DNA of 63,159 bases, filler included, from Chrysochromulina tobinii (taxonomy: Eukaryota), in the NCBI GenBank assembly GCA_001275005.1. It is 11 parts of 11 records of this genome, joined end to end, with 100 filler letters (N's around TTAATTAATTAA, not from the genome) between each part and the next. Parts side by side here need not be neighbours in the genome. Positions count along the whole stretch, not along the records: positions 40,970 to 47,243 come from JWZX01000063.1; positions 47,344 to 48,900 come from JWZX01000064.1; positions 49,001 to 57,316 come from JWZX01000066.1; 8 more parts are not named here. One strand, written 5' to 3'. Under the pieces are notes generated by a model, which worked only from the letters and a program-made list of their open reading frames with translations, was not told where the DNA came from and searched no databases. Below are positions 43,901-55,653 of the stretch, piece by piece (the stretch's first letter is position 1; each line of letters begins with the position of its first letter). Both the position numbers and the translations under genes were made by a program.

Positions 43901-46389
43901 CGTCGCCACCTCGGCAGCGGCGTGCGCCGAGCGGAGCGCGTGGCGTAGCTTGGCAGTGTCCTCCTCGGCTCGCGTGCGGCCGCTCGCCTGCTCCGCGAGA
44001 GCCGAACGCGCTGTGGTGAGCATGTGCATGCAAGGCAGGCCCTCAGAGGCCATCAACGTGCCTGCTCCGCCAACGCCTCCTCGACCCGTCTCAGCCGTGC
44101 CTCGAGTTCCAAACGAGTCGCCTGCGCCGCCGCTGCATCGTCCGCACGCGCCGCCTCGGCAGCGCGCGCCTCCGCCCACGCGACCTCCATCTCGCGCTGC
44201 ACCTCGGCCAAGCGCGCCGCCTCCGCCCCCTTGCCCGCCGCCGTGGCGTTGCGCTCCGCGGCGAGCGCCGCCTCGAGCGCGCGCCGGTAGCCGCGCCGCT
44301 CCGCCTCCTGCATGCATGCATGCAGCGCCTCGGCGTGCGTGAGCGCGCCCGCCGCCTCCGCCCAGCCACGGAGGGCGCTGATGAGCCGTCGGGCGCGCAC
44401 GGCGCGCAGGTAGCTGCCGAGCGCCACGAGCTTGCACAGCCGGCCGAGGCTCTCGAAGCGCTGACGCTCGGCACGGCGCTCCTCGCGCCCCTCGGCTTCC
44501 TTGAGGCTCAGGGCGAGCTCCGCGCGGGCGGCGACCGCCGGCCCGACCGCCTTCTCGCGCTGGAGCACCTTAATCTTAAGCTCGAGTGCGGCACACGCCT
44601 CCTCGGCGGCGAGCCGGAGCCGGCGCTCCTCTGCTACGGAGCTCTCCTTCATGAGCGGCCGGATCTCGAGGTGCGAGATCGTCGCCTGCTGCTGCTGGAT
44701 GCGCGCGAGCACCGCCCCATTCTTGGCGTGCGCGTCCGCCGCCACGGCGCCCGCGCGCCAGCGGTGCACCGCGCGCGCGAGGCCGGTCGCACCGAGCTGC
44801 ATCAGCGTGCCCAGGATCATCTGGGCCGCACGCTCGTCGCGCTTCTCGCGCTGGTCACGGTTCACCACAAGCTCGTGCGCCTTCTGCTGCCTCACCTGAT
44901 GAAGGAGGCAATCATGGGTCATCAGTGATCATCACAAGCTCGTGCGCCTTCTGCTGCCTCACCTGATGAAGGAGGCAATCATGGGTCATCAGTGATCATC
45001 ACAAGCTCGTGCGCCTTCTGCTGCCTCACCTGATGAAGGAGGCAATCATGGGTCATCAGTGATCATCACAAGCTCATGCGCCTTCTGCTGCCTCACCAGG
45101 CCTTCGCGTTGGGCACTGAGCAGCTGCCGCTCGCGCTCGATGAGCGCACGCTCGGATCCAAGCTCCTCTGCGCGCGACTCGAGCTGCGCCGAGGCGCGTG
45201 CGCGCCAGCGCTCGTTGCCGTGCACGACCTTATTCCGCTCGGCGAGGATCAGGGCGTAGCTCTCGCGCGCGTGCGCGAGCGCGGCGCTCAGCACGATGCC
45301 AAGCACACTCCGCCGCCATGCTGCCACGCCGCGGCCGAGCCGCTCGGCACGGCGCGTGTCGAGCAGCCGCCCGAGACGACGCGTTGCCAGCCTCCGGAGC
45401 GCGTCCTCCTGGGCGCTCGCGCGTCGCCACGCCGTCAGGCGGCGATCACTGAGCAAGTCGTCTCCGGCGGCGGCGGCGGGTGCGCTGACGGCGCTAGCGG
45501 CGAGTGCGCTGGCGGCGCTGGCGGCGGATGCGCATGCGGCGGCGGCGGGTGCGGTGACCGGCGTGGGCTCAGGGACCGAGAGCGCTGAGCTGGCGGCCGA
45601 GGGCGCTGAGCTCGCAGCGTGGCCGCCGCCGCCACTCAACCCGAAGAAGCTCAGCAGCGCCACAGCAGCGGGCGGAGGCGCCAGCTGTGGCGGCGGTGGC
45701 GGCGGCGGCGCTGCTGGCGGCGGGGCGGCGGTGGCGGTGCTACCCGTACGCACCCCGTGCGTGGCAGTCGCGCCCGCACTCAGCTGCGACGCGTGCAGCC
45801 GCCAGAGGGCCACCGACCGCGCCAGCGGCAGCGCGCTGCCCTTGTCGAGTAGCCGGCCGAGCGCGCGCGTGCGCGCCGCCTGGCGCACCGCCTGCTCCTT
45901 GCGCCTCGCCTCAGTGGCCGCCAGCTCGAGGGCCTTGAAGCGCACTCCGTAGCCCTTGTGCCGAAACTCCGTGGCGGCCGAGGCGCGCTTCACGGCGTCG
46001 AGCTCCTCGGCCGCTTGTCGCGCCTGCTCCTGCGCGACCAGGGCGCTCGCCCGCGTGTCGCCGAGCGCGTTGGCTCGCCTCTCGGCCAGTGCCTTGGCAT
46101 TGCGGAGCGCCAAGGAGCTCTGCTCCGACGTGGCCGTCACTGCGAGCGCCAGCAGGGCGCGCACCCACGCGCTGAATGCTCCCGCAAGCCGCTCCTTGAC
46201 GGCCTGCCGAAACGCGCCGAGGGTACGGCTAGCTGCGAGCGCACGCTGCTGGCCCCGTTGCGCCGCCTCGGCCGCCTCGCGAGCCAGGAGCGCCTCCTGC
46301 AGCTGACCGACGAGCTCGCGCTGCATGCGATGGGGCGGGGAGACCAAGGACGTCGCCGCCGCCGGTGCCGGGCCGCCGCCGGTAGCCAT
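40970..46389 (-). CDS. long coiled-coil protein with repeated W-R helical motifs; predicted introns 45096-44896, 44061-43988 (GC-AG), ~42891-42713, 42376-42209, 41716-41621
   Basis: ORF fragments join in frame across four introns. The frame across the 42.7-42.9 kb intron next to a (GGC)n tract is unresolved. Confidence 0.7.
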
Positions 46390-46473
46390 GAAGGCCAGGC
46401 GCAATTGCAACCCCAATCAAGGGGCGCCTGCGCGCCTCGCGCAGCCTCGCGCCTCCCAGGCAGGCCCCCCGCC

Positions 46474-47243
46474 ATGTGGGGAAACGCAAATTCGTGGCTC
46501 GCTGGGCTTTCAAAAGGTCAGCCAATTCAAGAGAGAAGAGTTTTAGGCGAACGCGCGTATCACAACCACATGCACCCGCTCACCGAGCCTCTCACAGCGG
46601 CAACACGAGCGTCCATCACCTTGCCACCCTCTGAGCGGCCGCTCTTCATAGGCAAGCACTTGCTTGCGCAGGCGCAGAACGCCAAGACCCTGCCCACGGC
46701 CACGTCGGCCAGCGGCACTGCCACCATCTCTAAGGCCGCGCTGCAGCAGGAGCTCGCTGCACTGGCCAAGGTTCTCACGGCCGCGCTCAATGCGGTGAGC
46801 GGATTACCGGGCTCTTCGCTGCAGCGGCTGGCCGACCACCTCATTGTGGAATATGGTGGCGCGTCCGATACTGCCCCCGCCTATGCGATTGCCACCGCCC
46901 GGCCTAATTCCTTGGACGATGGGGACGACACCAACCTCGACGACATCGACGACGACGACGGAGCTGTGCGGCCCACCGTGGCAATTGGCCCACCGCCCGA
47001 GCAGCTCGCATCTCGGGCTTCTCCGGAATCGCCATCTCTCGCCTTGGAGCGAGGCCATAAGGCAGCACCCGAAGACAAGAAGGTTGCCGAGACAGTGCCC
47101 GTGACGACCGACAGCGCGCCTACGGAAGTTGTGGAGCCGGCAGCCGGGGCGGCGACGGAGGCAGAGTCGGCGCAGGCAGTGGCGTCGACCGAGACCAGGA
47201 TCAACCCGATCTTCGAGATCGGCAAGTCCATGGTAAACGCGAG
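46474..47243 (+). CDS. hypothetical protein with two Dpy-30/RIIa-like helical motifs, 3'-partial
   Basis: AYHNHMHPLTEPLTAATRASITLPPSERPLFIGKHLL and LAKVLTAALNAV...LQRLADHLI. Confidence 0.45.
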
Positions 47244-49000
47244 NNNNNNNNNNNNNNNNNNNNNNNNNNNNNNNNNNNNNNNNNNNNTTAATTAATTAAN
47301 NNNNNNNNNNNNNNNNNNNNNNNNNNNNNNNNNNNNNNNNNNNTCAGCTGGGGCGGGCTCGAAGGCGGCGAGAGGGAGGCGACGAGGGCGTTGAGCTTGG
47401 CTGCGCTGGGCTCGGAGGCGGCGAGGGCGGCGGCGAGGGCGGCGTGCTCGGCTACGGCGGCTCTGAGAGTGCAACTAGCGTATGTATATATTCAATATGT
47501 ATATATATTCCCTATGGGCCTCGGCTTCCTGTCGGTCTGGACGGCTGCTCTCACTCTTTTTGGCTAGGGAGGACGCAGGCCTCTGCTTGCTTCTCGTTCT
47601 TCCGTCCGCGCCTGCACACAGTCCGCGCCTGCTCACCGAGGGGCCGCCGGCATGATCACGCGCCCCTCGCGCGTCGACCGCCCGCTACGAGCGCATCAGA
47701 GGCTGAGTGCCAGTGATGGCTCATCACACCTGATCATGATTGCATCATGATTACGTCATGATTGCTCATCGAGAGGCAGAGGGGGGTCACCGTTGCTTCA
47801 TCGGCTGTCTCGCGGCCATCAGCACCGCGGCCTCCCTCGCAGCCATGATCACCGCCGCCTCCATCCGCGCCGCCGCCTCCATCGCCGCCTCCATCGCCGC
47901 CTCCATCGCTATCCATCGCCTGAAAAAGTCATCAATGGCACTCGGTTGCAATCAGCATGCTTCCGTCGCAATCAGCATGTGCTTGCAGGCGGCCCGCGCT
48001 TGACCATGAGGCGGAAGGGGCTGCGTAAGGCTCTGAAATAAGTTCCGACTCGCGCAAAAGGTGTCTCGAGCCCTCTCCTCCCTCCCCAAGCTGACTCCCG
48101 AACCCCTGGCTCCACCCTTCCTTACCCATGTATCGGTGTTTGGTCTCTGAGTGGCAGTGGGTCCGCGGGCGTGCGGTGAGGGAGGCGCTTTGCCCGTTCT
48201 CGTCAAAAGCGTCAGCTCGTCTTGCAGAGCTCTCTCAGGGTCGGTCTCCCTATTCTCGCCGAAACGAGCTAAAGCGCCAACGAGACGCTTGTGATGATTT
48301 CACGAGTGCGAAATGGAGAGGGTCTCCAGTGCAAATTTTGATCGCCGTTTCGATCAACACACGCGCGCACGCTGAGGCAGGCGCCGAGCCGATCACCGAA
48401 ACGGCCATCGAGTCGCCCGAGAGCGAGACGGCCGCCAAGCCAGGCAGCGAAAAGGTGAGCCGATCACCGAAACGACGACAGACCTTCCTTTTATGGTATG
48501 TTAAGGTGGCAGGGGTAGGTAGGTAGGGGTTATCCCGATGCTGGCAAGCTCCACCGATAGTAGGAAAGTTTGCTTTTGGTGACCGGACCATACCTATACA
48601 CGCACGCACCCGAGGGTTCGACGTATCTCCCCAAGCGATGGACGTGTACTACGGTACAGTACAGTCTGCAGTGGTGCACACTAACTAGACCCCCCTTAGT
48701 AAAAACCCACACCTCGAACCCCGCTTTCCCGACGGGGTGTGGGTTGGGAGGTTTCGTTTTTTTTGCCAGTGGCGGTGTTGGGCGTCGTGGCCACCCCTTT
48801 AGTGGGGGGTGGTCTCACTCTCCCCCTGTGGGGAAGGGTGGTGACGTAGATGATGGTGTCTTGTGTGTGGGTGGTGGGTGTGGAGGGGGTTTAGCCTTAG
48901 NNNNNNNNNNNNNNNNNNNNNNNNNNNNNNNNNNNNNNNNNNNNTTAATTAATTAANNNNNNNNNNNNNNNNNNNNNNNNNNNNNNNNNNNNNNNNNNNN

Positions 49001-51183
49001 GATGGCGGCGGCGAACTCGGCGGCGCCGAGGGCGGCGAGGGCGGCAAGGGCGGCGACGAGGGCGGATTGGGCGGCATGGAGGGCGGATCGGGGTAGATCT
49101 CGAACGAGGGAATGACGAAGCTCGCAAGGTTGCCGAGCGCGTTGCTGGCGAGCCAGTTGCTAGCCCGGGTGATCGCCCGCCGCAGTTGCGGGACGGTGCC
49201 GGCGCGGGTGACGTTGAAGTCGAGCTGACCGGCTGGGGCGAAGCCGCCCCGGTACGCGAGGTTGTCGTAGTGCCCATAGCTCACCTCACTGTAGCCGTCC
49301 ACGAGGGTGTTTGGGAGATACGAGCGATCCGCCGGAAGTGCCGACAGATCACGCGTGCCGCAGTCAGTGCAGTCGGTGCCGAGGGAGCACGAGCCGGTAA
49401 ACTCGCTGCCGGGGCCGCCGTCATCGCAGTCGCCGTCGGAGGCCCAGACGCACGTCTCGAAGCAAGCTGCGGGGTTTGGGACGAACCACTGTCCTACGGT
49501 GTTGTCGATGGCGCACAGGAAGGTTGGGCTGGACGTGTTGCCCACGTACGCGATCAGCTGATCGCCGAGGTCGCTGGCCTGGAGGATGCCGCCGGTGAAG
49601 TTCCGCGCCTGGAGCACCGTGCCCGGAGGCAAGTCCCTGCCGTCGCCGTTCGTCGCGGACCGGAAGGTGAGGTGGGGCTCTAGAGGGTTGAGCGCGAACG
49701 GGCCGGTGGGCGAGAGCCAGTTGTCGTCGGTCACGTAGATCGTCTCCGAGTAGCCGAGCGTTTCGAAGAGGAGCAGGCCGAAATTGTCAGGATTGTCCGT
49801 GACGATGGCGGTGAAGAGGCAGTCGCCCGGCATAAGCGGCGGCGGTGGCGGCGCCGCCGGTGGTCTCGGGGGCGGCCTAGGGGGGGCGGGCGGCGACGGC
49901 GGCATCATGGGCTGGGGGGTCCTCGGGCTCGGGGGCGGCCGCGACGGGGGGAGGTTGGTGATGCGGTATCCAGCCGCGGGGACGACCTCGTTCATGGGGA
50001 TCCAGAGCGTGTTGCTCGCAAACCAGTTGCTGCGCTGCCCCAAGGCCGCCAGCAGCGACTCACGGGAGCCTTGCGTGGGGGCGGCGGCTCCAAGGCCACC
50101 AGTGCTGGTGAGCACGGCGGGGCGCGTGTCGTAAATCCACTGATCGAAATAGCCCGGCTCGTTCACGGGGTTGGTGAAGTTGTGGAACTGATTCCAGACG
50201 GCACGGGGCTGGGTGGCGTAGCCCGGGATGTTTGAGAACCCACAGTCGTAGCCTGCAACAGTCGCGGGCGAAGCGCGGTTGCAGAAGCCGCACAGCATTT
50301 GTGGGTTGGCCTGCGTGCCACGGTAGACGATGAGGTCATCATAGGAAGACAGGAATAGGGAAGGGCCCGTGAACTCAGCGAGAATGAGGACGCTGCCGGC
50401 TGGCTTGAACGTGGGGGCCGTGTACGTCAGGTGGGTCTCGCCAGTGCTGAACGCCGGGGGGCGAGGGCCACAATCCGTGCAATCGGTACCGCGTGTGCAA
50501 TAGAAAAACTCGGAGCCGGGGCCGCCGTCCTGGCAGTCGCCATCGGAGGAATAGAAGCATGTGTCGGAGCAGCCAGTCAAGAACGAGGCGTCGGTCACGA
50601 AGATCTTGTCGCCAGGGAACAGGTGATCGAAGAGCACGAGCGCGAAGTCATCGGGGTCGTCGTGCTTGACGTAGATGATGGCGCACTCGCCCTGGTCCAG
50701 CTGCGGCTGCATTGGCGGCGCCGGAGGTGCCGCCGGGGGCGGCGGTGCGCGCGGCGGCGACTTTGGGGGCTGAGAAGGGGGCGGTCCCCCGGGGGGAAGG
50801 GGCGGCGGAGTCACGACGTACCGAGGACCGCAGTCTGCGCAATCGTCACCAAGATTGCACTGAGTAAACTCGGCGCCCGGGCCACCGTCGGAGCACGAGC
50901 CGTCGGAGCCCGCGAGAGGGAGGAGCGAGCACAAGTTCGAGCAACGAACGACGAAGCCCGGAGGGGCGGGCGAAGGGGGCGGGCATGTGCCGCATGCGAC
51001 TGGGCAATTGGTTCGCGAGATGTTAAAGGAAGCGCACATCGTGGGCGACGTCGTGAAGTAGCTGCAAGGCACGGGTGCGCCGTTCGAGTAGAACGCGCCG
51101 CTGTTTAGAGCATTCGAGCACCACGTGCCGACAGGCGGCAATGTCTGGCTGAGCAGGAGCGGCCCAAGGAAGCCGGCCACCAT
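49001..51183 (-). CDS. secreted/surface Pro-rich, Cys-repeat protein, 3'-partial
   Basis: Hydrophobic N-terminus, ShKT-like CPVACGTC, three DGxCxDGGPGxEF..CxxGxDCxDCG repeats, two copies of a DxPDxFxLxLF..IxVTD domain, and PPSPP linkers. Confidence 0.85.
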
Positions 51184-52020
51184 TTAGTACCCCTTAGGCG
51201 AATGCTCTCTGTACCCCTTCGTTTTCGCTCGGGTTCATGCCCAAATCGAAAAAAGTTTTGTGGGTGATTATTTAAGGTAAGTTTTGGAGCCCGTTAACGT
51301 TTAATTGCCATCTCGGCAAGACGCACACCCACAGGTCCCGTGGAGACACAACGCGGGGGGCGCAAGGGTTCGTCGCACTCCAGTCTCCACAGTTTGAGTT
51401 TCGGGCATGATTTCGGGGAACGCGGAATCGGGAATGGTGCCCCAAGAAGTGGGCAATGTGTTTTTTCGATATGGCCCTCTCCCTATACGCACCAGTCGTG
51501 CATGTCGGGCCACTGAATGCAGGTCCCCTCGGAGGGCCGCCGCAGGCGCTGACCGGACCGAGCGCTACCCGGACCCGACCGGGGGCGGGCGGCGGGGACG
51601 GGACAGGATGGGGAATCGGAGTATCGGACAGGGGCGACACGAGTGGACTATGGACGAGAGGAACTACGGTCGACGCCCCGGCGCAGGTGATCGCGCGCGG
51701 CGGGAAGCCCGGCGAGACGCGTGACAAGGCCTCGACCCTCGTGTCGACATCGCTACGACTCATACTCATACACCCGCTCGCCTTGGGCCCCGTCGAGAGA
51801 CGTAACCGCCACGGTGCATGCACCCGCTCGCCTTGGGCCCCGTCGAGAGATGTAACCGCCACGGTGAAGTCGAGAGTGCCCAACGCGACGCGTTGCCGCC
51901 ACGGTGAAGTCGAGAGTGCCCAACGCGACGCGTTCGCGCGGGCCACCCTCTGCGCTCGGCACGGCGCTCATGGCGCTCGGCACGGCGCTCGTTGCTCTGA
52001 GCGCACCATGCTCGGCACGG

Positions 52021-52213
52021 CGCTCACTGCTCGTACGCATGCACGGCGTCCACAAAGGCGCTCGGCACGGCGCTCACTGCTCGTACGCATGCACGGCGTC
52101 CACAAAGGCGCTCGGCACGGCGCTCACTGCTCGTACGCATGCACGGCGTCCACAAAGGCGCTCGGCACGGCGCTCACTGCTCGTACGCATGCACGGCGTC
52201 CACAAAGGCGCTC
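52021..52213. repeat. 50-bp tandem repeat x4 made of the hemE 3' end
   Basis: Units start at 52021, 52071, 52121 and 52171. The last unit is the real CDS end. Confidence 0.95.
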
Positions 52214-53337
52214 ACGAGCTCGGGCTTCTCTTTGCCGGAGAGGCCCTCCATGAGGTTGGCAATCAGCTTTTGGCCTCCGAGGGCATCCAGCATCGCCTTG
52301 GTGGCTGCGCGCACCTCGGCCTCAGAGCCGTCGACGAGGAGCTTCGGGTCGAAGGCGCCCTGCAGGCACACGGGTGGCAGGCTCGAGCGCACCGTCGCCC
52401 AGTCCGCGGTGCTGTCGAGCGTGAGCACGTCGAAGCCGCACTTGCCTAATGCGGGCAGCGCGTACGCGGCGCCTCTGGGGAAGACCATGAGCGGCACGTT
52501 CGGGTGGCGCGCCTTGAGCTGCGCGGCGATGGAGCGCATGTGCGGCAGCGCGTGCTGCTCGAAGGCAGGGGGCGTGATGAACTCGCCCATCGCCTCGAAG
52601 AGCTGCAGCATATGAGCGCCGTTCGCCGCCTGCAGGGAGAGATACTCCACCACGATGCGCTCGAGGGCATCGAGCACCTTGGCCGACTCGCCCGGGTGCT
52701 CGGTGAGCCAACGCTCGCCGTTCGCCTGCCCCTTTTTGGACGAGCCGCCCACCATGTAGTAGAAGAGCGTCCAGGGCGCGGCTGAGAAGCCAATGAGAGG
52801 CACCTTGCCATCGAGACTCTCCAGAATCAGCCGTACCGCTGCGAGCACGTGCGCGAGCTCGGCTTCGACGAGCGCCTTGGCGGCGGCCGCGTCGGCGGGC
52901 AGGGTCAGGCGCGCCAAGTCCGCGGGCGAGCTCATCGGGTTCGTCACGAGGATGCCCTTGCCGCCGGGCATCTCGACGTTGATGCCCATGGCCTCGGCGA
53001 CGACGAGGATGTCAGAGAAGAGGATGGCGGCGTCAACGTTGTAGCGGCGCACGGGCTGCATGGTGCACTCGGCGACGTCCGTCGGGCTCCGCAGCAGCTC
53101 GAGGAAGCTTTTGCCCGTACTCCTCTTGTACTCGTTGTACTCGGGCAGATGGCGGCCCGCCTGACGGAAGAGCCACACGGGCGTCTTCTCGGTGGCCTCA
53201 CCGCGTGCCGCGCGCACCATGAGGTCGTTGCGCAGCGCGGTGGCGGTCGAGAGCGCCGCGCCCACGTCCACGAGCAGCACGAGCAGCAGCGGAAGCAGCA
53301 GAGCCGTCGGGGCCGATTGCAGCCGGGACATTGTCAT
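52174..53337 (-). CDS. hemE: uroporphyrinogen decarboxylase with N-terminal signal peptide (likely plastid-targeted)
   Basis: [38 protein letters not shown] and LQGAFDP. Confidence 0.96.
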   Translation of the reverse strand: MTMSRLQSAPTALLLPLLLVLLVDVGAALSTATALRNDLMVRAARGEATEKTPVWLFRQAGRHLPEYNEYKRSTGKSFLELLRSPTDVAECTMQPVRRYNVDAAILFSDILVVAEAMGINVEMPGGKGILVTNPMSSPADLARLTLPADAAAAKALVEAELAHVLAAVRLILESLDGKVPLIGFSAAPWTLFYYMVGGSSKKGQANGERWLTEHPGESAKVLDALERIVVEYLSLQAANGAHMLQLFEAMGEFITPPAFEQHALPHMRSIAAQLKARHPNVPLMVFPRGAAYALPALGKCGFDVLTLDSTADWATVRSSLPPVCLQGAFDPKLLVDGSEAEVRAATKAMLDALGGQKLIANLMEGLSGKEKPELVSAFVDAVHAYEQ

Positions 53338-53484
53338 CGTTCGTCGGAGATTGGTTCTTGCGAAGTGGCAATTAGGAAAGCAATCTACATGTAAGTCAAG
53401 TCAAGTCAAGTCAAGTCCGTATGGTTGTCTGTTGTTTATGTATAGACTTCACTTGACTACATGTACGCGAATGTGCCCACGGAA

Positions 53485-55578
53485 CGGATTTGTCAATCAA
53501 CACGGTTCATTAAAACGGAAAACGAAAACTAGTAGAAATGGCACTGGTCCGTCACACGGACGCTCGCCCCGGCCATCCCTCGGCCTTCCGCTTTGAAGAC
53601 ACCTTCCGGGGTGGGGGGGGAGCCGGGACGAACTAACGAACTACATGTATATTCTGGAGGGGAAATAGACAATTAAAAGGAGCCAAAGGAGCCTCCTGGA
53701 ACACCCTCTGTGCCTGTCCTTCCCACCCTCCGAGAGTTTATGCGCTCGCCGAAGAGCCGGATTGCTTCGTCTCGAAGTTCCACAGACGATTGCCGATTGC
53801 TTTTGCCCTCGCCCAGGAGAGAAGCGGCGAGCCCTGTGTCTCGCCGGTGGGCTTGTCGAGGTGAGAAATCTGCTCCTGTGCCAACCGCGCACATGCCCAC
53901 TGCTGCCTGAGCTCAGCATGGCTTGAGAGAGAGAGGGCGGCGGTCTCGCAGGCGGCATCAAGAAGAAGAGGTCGAAGAAGAGGGCGAAGGGCGAGAAGTC
54001 TCACAAGCAGCGGCAAGATGCAGCACGACCGGGCTTGGCCCGCGAGGCATGAGGGTCCGGTACTGCCCTTCGGGGAGCGTGAGCCAGGTACTCAACTGCG
54101 CGCAGGCCTTTCGACCACGAGCACCTCGGCCGAAGCTCAACCAGGCATCAGGCTCAATCCCCTCCCCTCCCTCCCCTCCCTGCCTGCCCCTGGCAGGAGC
54201 TGCTCGACTACAGCAAAGCGGAGCCCCTCGACGGTTTCCTGCTGCGGCGTCCCCTGACCTGCGCGGGGTGCGGAGGGGTGGAAGGGGCATAGCTTTTTCC
54301 CACCAGCGCGCGGGCAGCAGTACTGTATCGTGTATCCGCGGGAGGTACCGACCACACGCGAGGAGAACGGCGTAGGAAAGGGTGGGCGGAGAGGATGGAA
54401 TGTATGCCCAGACCGCTAACGCTCACCGGGCATGCTGACCTCACGCTTCCCAACGTGATGAATGCCGCCCGACTGTGACGCGCGCCTATGGGCCACCCGT
54501 AGCAGTCGTCGACGCGGTGCACTGATCGGCGCCCCTCAGACCACACCAACAGGGGAATAGCTCGCGACCTGCCACGCTCCTCGAAGGAACGCAGGCCCGG
54601 GTGGATAAGCTGGCTTCGAGCCCCCCGCGAAGTCATAGGCCCACTGAAGCGGTGGTCTGATCAGAGAGAAGAGCGGCCATCCGCTCGACTCAGAAGGTGG
54701 GAATCGTAGTAGATGCCGAAAGGTTTGCTCGGCACACGCTCCTCACCGTGGTGTCGCGAGGGGGCTTCGGCTTGCGCCACCTCACCCGCTCGCGCTCAGA
54801 CAAGCCCCCGCTCGACGCCCCGGCCCAGCCTGCCGCGGTTCTGACGGACAGCAGCAGTAATGGGCATACTCTGAACAGCTGAGAGGAACTGTGCATGTAC
54901 TGAACAAGCATGCAATCATATCGTTAATGTCATCTCATGTGTAACGTCATACGGGGGAGAGTATCGAGAGTTGTGTCTTCGTGTGGTCGAATAAGTTCTC
55001 GCTTTCTCAAACACTCAGTCGACGATCGCGCTCTAGCTCTCGCTCTTCCTCAGGTTCTCCGGCACTCCGGGTCCTCACGCTCCGAGCCCCAGGGGCTACA
55101 TAGGGGTATTCGATTGCGCTTGTTTAGGTACTTGTGTTGTTTCGACTAATTAGCTTGCTTGCGGATTTGTCAACACGGTTCATTAAAACGGAAAACTAGA
55201 AATGGCACTGGTCCGTCACACGGACGCTCGCCCCGGCCATCCCTCGGCCTTCCGCTTTGAAGACACCTTCCGGGGTGGGGGGGGAGCCGGGACGAACTAC
55301 ATGTATATTCTGGAGGGGAAATAGACAATTAAAAGGAGCCAAAGGAGCCTCCTGGAACACCCTCTGTGCCAGTCCTTCCCACCCTCCGAGAGTTTATGCG
55401 CTCGCCGAAGAGCCGGATTGCTTCGTCTCGAAGTTCCACAGACGATTGCCGATTGCTTTTGCCCTCGCCCAGGAGAGAAGCGGCGAGCCCTGTGTCTCGC
55501 CGGTGGGCTTGTCGAGGTGAGAAATCTGCTCCTGTGCCAACCGCGCACATGCCCACTGCTGCCTGAGCTCAGCATGGC
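53485..55578. mobile_element. ~430-bp direct repeats (53485-53922 and 55162-55578) flanking a copy of the 8.2-8.7 kb repeat family
   Basis: Near-identical repeats are visible and give duplicated ORFs in the track. Confidence 0.7.
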
Positions 55579-55653
55579 CTCTGGTGCCCGCATGCTCGCG
55601 CGCGCGCTCGCGCGCCGCTCTCAACAATCGGCTCCTGCGCTGACCGCACGCAG

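Noticed and set aside
47344..48900. Short ORFs on this contig
   Set aside because: No recognisable motif or gene structure.
52021..52213. Regularly spaced repeats as CRISPR
   Set aside because: Units are fully identical copies of the hemE 3' end with no variable spacers.
53485..55578. Canonical LTR retrotransposon/TRIM
   Set aside because: No clear TG..CA termini, TSD, PBS or gag/pol coding. Kept only as an unclassified repeat.
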